A stretch of DNA of 61,793 nucleotides, counting the filler. It is 7 parts of 7 records of this genome, joined end to end, with 100 filler letters (N's around TTAATTAATTAA, not from the genome) between each part and the next. Parts side by side here need not be neighbours in the genome. Positions count along the whole stretch, not along the records: positions 48,830 to 61,793 come from DRR378314_1842; 6 more parts are not named here. One strand, 5' to 3'. Below are positions 56,028 to 61,793 of the stretch, piece after piece. The notes under the pieces were generated by a model. It was not told the origin of the DNA. It saw only the letters and a program-made list of their open reading frames with translations, and ran no database searches. Position 1 is the stretch's first letter; the number at the start of each line of letters is the position of its first letter. The position numbers and the translations under genes are program-made.

Positions 56028-57149
56028 ATGATTATTGGTGTACCTAAAGAAATTAAAAACCATGAATACCGTGTAGGTATGGTTCCTGCGAGTGTTCGTG
56101 AATTAGTAAATCACGGCCACCAAGTGATTGTTGAAACTAATGCAGGTATGGGCATTGGTTTTACTAATGAAGACTACACCCTTGCTGGTGCTGAAATTCT
56201 ACCAACAGCTGCTGATGTTTTCGCTAAAGCAGAAATGATTGTAAAAGTAAAAGAGCCACAAGCTGTTGAACGTGCAATGCTACGTGAAGACCAAATTCTT
56301 TTCACTTACCTTCACCTAGCACCGGATCTTCCACAAACTGAAGACCTTGTTAAGAGTAAATCAATCTGTATCGCTTATGAAACAGTCACTGATTCTCGCG
56401 GTGGTTTACCACTTCTTGCTCCTATGAGTGAAGTAGCTGGTCGTATGTCTATTCAAGCTGGCGCACAAGCACTTGAAAAATCAAACCACGGCCGCGGTAT
56501 GTTATTAGGTGGCGTACCGGGTGTTGAGCCAGCTAAAGTTGTTGTTATCGGCGGCGGCATGGTTGGTCGTAGCGCAGCACAAATGGCTGTAGGCCTAGGT
56601 GCTGATGTTGTAGTACTTGATCGTAATATCGATGTACTACGTGCACTTGACGCACAGTTTGGTAATAAAGTTAAAGCTATTTACTCAACAGCTGATGCAC
56701 TTGAAAAACACGTACTAGAAGCAGATCTTGTGATCGGTGGCGTTCTTATCCCAGGTGCTGCTGCACCTAAGCTTGTAACAGCAGAGCACATCAAAGCAAT
56801 GAAGCCTGGCGCTGCTATTGTTGACGTTGCAATCGACCAAGGTGGTTGTATCGCTACTTCTAAAGCAACTACTCACGCTGATCCTACTTACATCGTTGAT
56901 GAAGTTGTTCACTACTGTGTTGCTAACATGCCGGGTGCTGTTCCACGTACATCTACATTTGCACTTAACAATGCAACATTGCCTTTCATCATTAACCTTG
57001 CAAACAAAGGTTATAAGAAAGCATTGTTAGATGACGCTAACTTCCTTAAAGGTCTTAACGTAATTAAAGGCCAAGTGACTTACAAAGAAGTAGCTGAAGC
57101 ATTCAACATGGAATATGTTGACCCACGCACTGCAGTAGAAAATGCGTAA
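56028..57149 (+). CDS. ald: Alanine dehydrogenase
   Basis: MIIGVPKEIKNHEYRV, FTYLHLA, PMSEVAGR, DVAIDQGG, VANMPGAV. Confidence 0.97.
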   Translation: MIIGVPKEIKNHEYRVGMVPASVRELVNHGHQVIVETNAGMGIGFTNEDYTLAGAEILPTAADVFAKAEMIVKVKEPQAVERAMLREDQILFTYLHLAPDLPQTEDLVKSKSICIAYETVTDSRGGLPLLAPMSEVAGRMSIQAGAQALEKSNHGRGMLLGGVPGVEPAKVVVIGGGMVGRSAAQMAVGLGADVVVLDRNIDVLRALDAQFGNKVKAIYSTADALEKHVLEADLVIGGVLIPGAAAPKLVTAEHIKAMKPGAAIVDVAIDQGGCIATSKATTHADPTYIVDEVVHYCVANMPGAVPRTSTFALNNATLPFIINLANKGYKKALLDDANFLKGLNVIKGQVTYKEVAEAFNMEYVDPRTAVENA

Positions 57150-57197
57150 CTAGTATTTTACCGCTTATACCTGAGTCATTATTAAGGTATAAGCATT

Positions 57198-57227
57198 AAA
57201 AAAGCAGCTAATTTAGCTGCTTTTTTT
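57198..57227. terminator. Bidirectional terminator between ald and pssA
   Basis: AAAAAAGCAGCTA...TAGCTGCTTTTTTT; a second inverted repeat GCTTATACCT/AGGTATAAGC lies at 57163-57194. Confidence 0.8.
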
Positions 57228-57249
57228 ATACCTCGCTACCTAAGCTAAG

Positions 57250-58575
57250 TTAGATAAAGCGCTTAATTATAAAGTCGACTTTTACCCGCTTAGCCTGCCC
57301 TAATAACTTTTTAACAGGTTGAGGGTAGTCTTCCATCGTTTCTAAATCTTCAGGCCCATTTAAACGACGACAATGTTTAAGTATTTCTGCTTTTTCATTA
57401 TCAATCGCAGGCATTAAAGATTGCTGTGGGTCTTCTAAGAAAATGCCATTTTCAATATCTAAGCCCCACGCACGTGGGTTTAGGTTATGCCCACTCAATA
57501 AATGATATTGGCGATCAGCACAAATCCCTTTCAGGTGAAATGAGTTACTTTCATGCTTCCATAAATAGACGTTTAAGTTGCCATTTGTAATATGACGCTT
57601 CTGAGATTTTAAAAACTTAAGTAAAATAGTCTCATATAAATACGGTAATGCACCAATTTTACTAAAAGGTTCACTAGGGGGCAGATAAAAATCGTTTGCA
57701 GTTTTATCGCCCACCACAATTGTTACTTCCTTCCCCTGCTTTAATAAACGCCTAAGCGAACGCATTAATGGAGCAGGAAAATTAAAATATGGGGTATAAA
57801 GCACAAGTTCTCGCTCAGCCGTATCAAATAATGCTTTAATTACTCTATTAAGCTCATTGTTACGACGCCCTAGCCCCAAAAATAACCTCACACCCAGTGG
57901 TTGATCATTTTCTTTTTCGGCATGTTCATATTGCGTTTGCTTTAATGTACGCATAAGTTGCTTTTGCGCGAGTTTAATATCATTAAATTTAGTCAGTGGT
58001 CGCGTGTCAATACGCGGTACTGCTTCTGAACTAAGTAATTCCTGTTCAATAAAATCGACAACGGCATTACATAAAGGAGCTTGCTTCACTAAAAAATAAC
58101 GATCTAACCTATATCGCTCGCTATGTTGCAAGTACACATTATTTAAGCTTGCGCCGCTATAAAGCAATGTATCGTCAATAACAAAGCCTTTTAAGTGCAG
58201 CACACCGAACAATTCTTTGGCTTTTACTGGTACACCATAAACTTGCACATTCGATTGATACTTTTGTTGATAATCACAATATAAACTCGCATTCCCGTCA
58301 GACTTTGCAGCGCCAATTAATCCGCGTTGGGCACGATGAAAATCCACAAGTACTTTTATTTCAAGATCCGGATTGGCTAATGATGCTTGATGTAGTGCCT
58401 CAAGAACCTCGCGTCCAGCTTCATCGTCTTGCAAATAAAGCGCAGTAATATAAATACGTGTTTGTGCGCTCGCGATTAAAGCAAGTAATTGTGTTCGATA
58501 TTGTTGTGCATTGGTTAAGACGTTAACGTCTTTTGAAGTCAACCCAAATGCGGGTTTTTCCTGCCAAAATAACAT
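57250..58575 (-). CDS. pssA: CDP-diacylglycerol-serine O-phosphatidyltransferase (PLD type)
   Basis: Two HKD motifs (HLKGFVIDD, HLKGICAD), VDFHRAQRG, VGDKTANDFY. Confidence 0.95.
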   Translation of the reverse strand: MLFWQEKPAFGLTSKDVNVLTNAQQYRTQLLALIASAQTRIYITALYLQDDEAGREVLEALHQASLANPDLEIKVLVDFHRAQRGLIGAAKSDGNASLYCDYQQKYQSNVQVYGVPVKAKELFGVLHLKGFVIDDTLLYSGASLNNVYLQHSERYRLDRYFLVKQAPLCNAVVDFIEQELLSSEAVPRIDTRPLTKFNDIKLAQKQLMRTLKQTQYEHAEKENDQPLGVRLFLGLGRRNNELNRVIKALFDTAERELVLYTPYFNFPAPLMRSLRRLLKQGKEVTIVVGDKTANDFYLPPSEPFSKIGALPYLYETILLKFLKSQKRHITNGNLNVYLWKHESNSFHLKGICADRQYHLLSGHNLNPRAWGLDIENGIFLEDPQQSLMPAIDNEKAEILKHCRRLNGPEDLETMEDYPQPVKKLLGQAKRVKVDFIIKRFI

Positions 58576-58860
58576 AGTTGCCTATTCATTTAGGTCACCC
58601 TACTTTAGGGTCACAAATCAAAATTAGCTAAAACATACCAAAAAAAATCAATTTGGTCATGAATTAACGATAGTAGTTAGATTATTAGTGGTTCAATAGT
58701 TTATATTTCATACAAAACCGTCATTTTGTACACACCTAGTACACAATATTTGACAGCTGTGTGATTTGCTCAAAAAAATAATCAGCGCTTTTATTTACTT
58801 CCCCCTTGTTTCTCTTAAAATCGGGCACATTAATACGCTATAAAAACGTTTAGGATATAA

Positions 58861-59814
<954 letters not shown>

Positions 59815-59833
59815 TTTAGACTCTAAATTTACT

Positions 59834-59858
59834 AAAGGCTGATTTTTCAGCCTTTTTT
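59834..59858 (+). terminator. Intrinsic terminator of trxB
   Basis: AAAGGCTGA-TTTT-TCAGCCTTTTTT. Confidence 0.8.
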
Positions 59859-60157
59859 ATTTCTAAATAAAATTTTTAATTGCCACATTAATTTCACAAT
59901 GGATATAGCCCAATATACATATTGTAACTTCGGCCATTCACGAGATTTATAGTGAAGATTCATTTTATATAATATAATTAATGGTGGAAGTACGGTAGGA
60001 TCTAAAGCCGTGCAATGATTACCGTCAAAGTAACGCAAGTAAAACGAACTATAATTATAGTTGGGCATAAAAGCTTTGTTCATTTGGGCATTACTCGTAA
60101 CTGGAAATCAGTTAAAATGCTCAGCTTCATATCAAGTAAATATACCGAGAGTTTTCT

Positions 60158-61793
60158 ATGAGTTTGTATACACAATATATGGAAGAAATCCAAACCCGTA
60201 AAACGGAACTTGGATTAAACCCAAAACCAATCGACAGCGCAGATTTAGTATCTGAATTAATTGCTCAAATAAAAGATACCAATAATGAGCACCGTAAAGA
60301 TTCTTTGCATTTCTTTATTTTCAATACATTACCAGGAACAACAAGTGCAGCGGGCGTTAAAGCACAGTTTTTAAAAGAAATCATCCTTGGTGAAGAAGTA
60401 GTAAAAGAAATCACTCCAGACTTTGCATTTGAGCTTCTTTCACACATGAAAGGCGGTCCTTCAATTGAAATGCTACTTGATTTAGCATTTGGTAATGACG
60501 CTAAAATCGCAGCTCAGGCTGCTGAAGTTCTTAAAACACAAGTATTTTTATACGATGCAGATATGGCGCGTATTAAAGCGGCATACGAAGCAGGCAATGC
60601 CATTGCTAAAGAATTATTAGAAAGCTTCGCAAAAGCTGAATTCTTTACAAAATTACCTGATATCGAAGAAAAAATTGAAATTGTTACGTACATCGCTGGT
60701 GAAGGTGACATCTCAACAGATTTACTATCTCCTGGTAACCAAGCGCACTCTCGTGCTGACCGTGAATTACATGGTAAATGCATGATCACACCTGAAGCAC
60801 AACAAGAAATTGTTGAGCTGCAAAAGAAACACCCTAATGCTAAAGTAATGCTGATTGCTGAAAAAGGCACAATGGGTGTTGGTTCATCGCGTATGTCAGG
60901 TGTTAATAACGTAGCATTATGGGCTGGTAAACAAGCAAGTCCTTATGTTCCTTTCATCAACATCGCCCCTGTTGTTGCGGGTACTAACGGTATCGCACCC
61001 ATCTTTTTAACCACAGTTGATGTAACCGGTGGTATTGGTCTTGACCTTAAAAACTGGGTTAAAAAAATCGATGCTGATGGTAATACAGTGACTGATGCAA
61101 ACGGTGATGCTGTTCTTGAAGAAGCATACTCAGTTGCAACAGGGACTGTTTTAACAATCGATACTAAAGAGAAAAAGCTTTATAACGGTGATAAAGAGCT
61201 TGTTGATGTATCATCAGCATTTACTCCACAAAAAGTTGAGTTTATGCGAGCTGGTGGTTCTTACGCGGTTGTATTCGGTAAGAAAATCCAAACATTTGCT
61301 GCTGAAACACTGGGCATTGATACTCCGCTTGTTTATGCACCTTCAAAAGAAATTTCACATGAAGGCCAAGGTTTAACTGCGGTTGAAAAAATCTTTAACC
61401 GTAACGCCGTAGGTGTACTATCAGATACACCTCTTCACGCAGGTTCAAATGTTCGCGTTAAAGTAAACATTGTTGGTTCGCAAGATACAACGGGCCCAAT
61501 GACATCTCAAGAGCTTGAAGCGATGGCTGCTTCAACGATTTCACCTCTTGTTGATGGTGCATACCAGTCTGGTTGTCATACTGCGTCAGTATGGGATAGC
61601 AAAGCGCAAGCAAATATTCCAAAACTAATGGCGTTTATGAATAAGTTTGGTCTTATCACTGCACGTGACCCGAAAGGCGTTTACCATGCAATGACTGACG
61701 TTATCCATAAAGTACTAAACGACATTACCATTGACGATCGTGCAATCATCATTGGTGGTGATTCACATACTCGTATGTCAAAAGGTGTTGCGT
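60158..61793 (+). CDS. acnB: Aconitate hydratase B (3' truncated; absent from the ORF track because it has no stop)
   Basis: Frame from ATG at 60158 reads MSLYTQYMEEI..., STDLLSP, GVGSSRMS, IAPIF, GSQDTTGPMT, QSGCHT, GGDSHTRM. Confidence 0.93.
   Translation, partial: MSLYTQYMEEIQTRKTELGLNPKPIDSADLVSELIAQIKDTNNEHRKDSLHFFIFNTLPGTTSAAGVKAQFLKEIILGEEVVKEITPDFAFELLSHMKGGPSIEMLLDLAFGNDAKIAAQAAEVLKTQVFLYDADMARIKAAYEAGNAIAKELLESFAKAEFFTKLPDIEEKIEIVTYIAGEGDISTDLLSPGNQAHSRADRELHGKCMITPEAQQEIVELQKKHPNAKVMLIAEKGTMGVGSSRMSGVNNVALWAGKQASPYVPFINIAPVVAGTNGIAPIFLTTVDVTGGIGLDLKNWVKKIDADGNTVTDANGDAVLEEAYSVATGTVLTIDTKEKKLYNGDKELVDVSSAFTPQKVEFMRAGGSYAVVFGKKIQTFAAETLGIDTPLVYAPSKEISHEGQGLTAVEKIFNRNAVGVLSDTPLHAGSNVRVKVNIVGSQDTTGPMTSQELEAMAASTISPLVDGAYQSGCHTASVWDSKAQANIPKLMAFMNKFGLITARDPKGVYHAMTDVIHKVLNDITIDDRAIIIGGDSHTRMSKGVA

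Noticed and set aside
55407-57149. Divergent lrp-ald pair, and crcB inside the ftsK-serS cluster
   Set aside because: Common arrangements in marine Gammaproteobacteria

Overview
This window is not one genome. It is seven unrelated contigs joined by artificial 100-nt spacers (N-runs around TTAATTAATTAA, which puts stops in all six frames), so no gene neighbourhood spans a spacer. Contigs 1-9699, 9800-18622 and 18723-25480 are GC-rich and Roseobacter-like. They carry a cobalt-type nitrile hydratase operon, secG-pyrG, rlmJ, a TerB pair, a polar amino-acid ABC transporter, monomeric IDH, a decayed integrative islet (IS630/recombinase chimera, att-like repeats, yopX, P4-type integrase), fumC, a coupled P450 plus hydrolase-like pair, ccdA, tusA and rne. 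Contigs 25581-31070 and 31171-40299 come from an intron-rich eukaryote. Manual GT-AG splicing recovers genes that the ORF track fragments or misses: condensin CAP-G, gamma-COP, a small Cys-rich membrane protein, an orphan two-exon gene, and six exons of a B3GNTL1/QTGAL-like (queuosine-tRNA galactosyltransferase) gene. Contig 40400-48729 is AT-rich Flavobacteriaceae-like (ccsA fusion, DUF3179, LysM lipoprotein, guaA, fabH). Contig 48830-61793 is Pseudoalteromonas-like core genome (serS, crcB, rarA, lolA, ftsK, lrp, ald, pssA, trxB, acnB). The best leads are the hidden QTGAL-like gene, the P450/hydrolase module and the yopX-integrase cassette. All family and taxon assignments come from motif recognition and recalled sequences; no searches were run.
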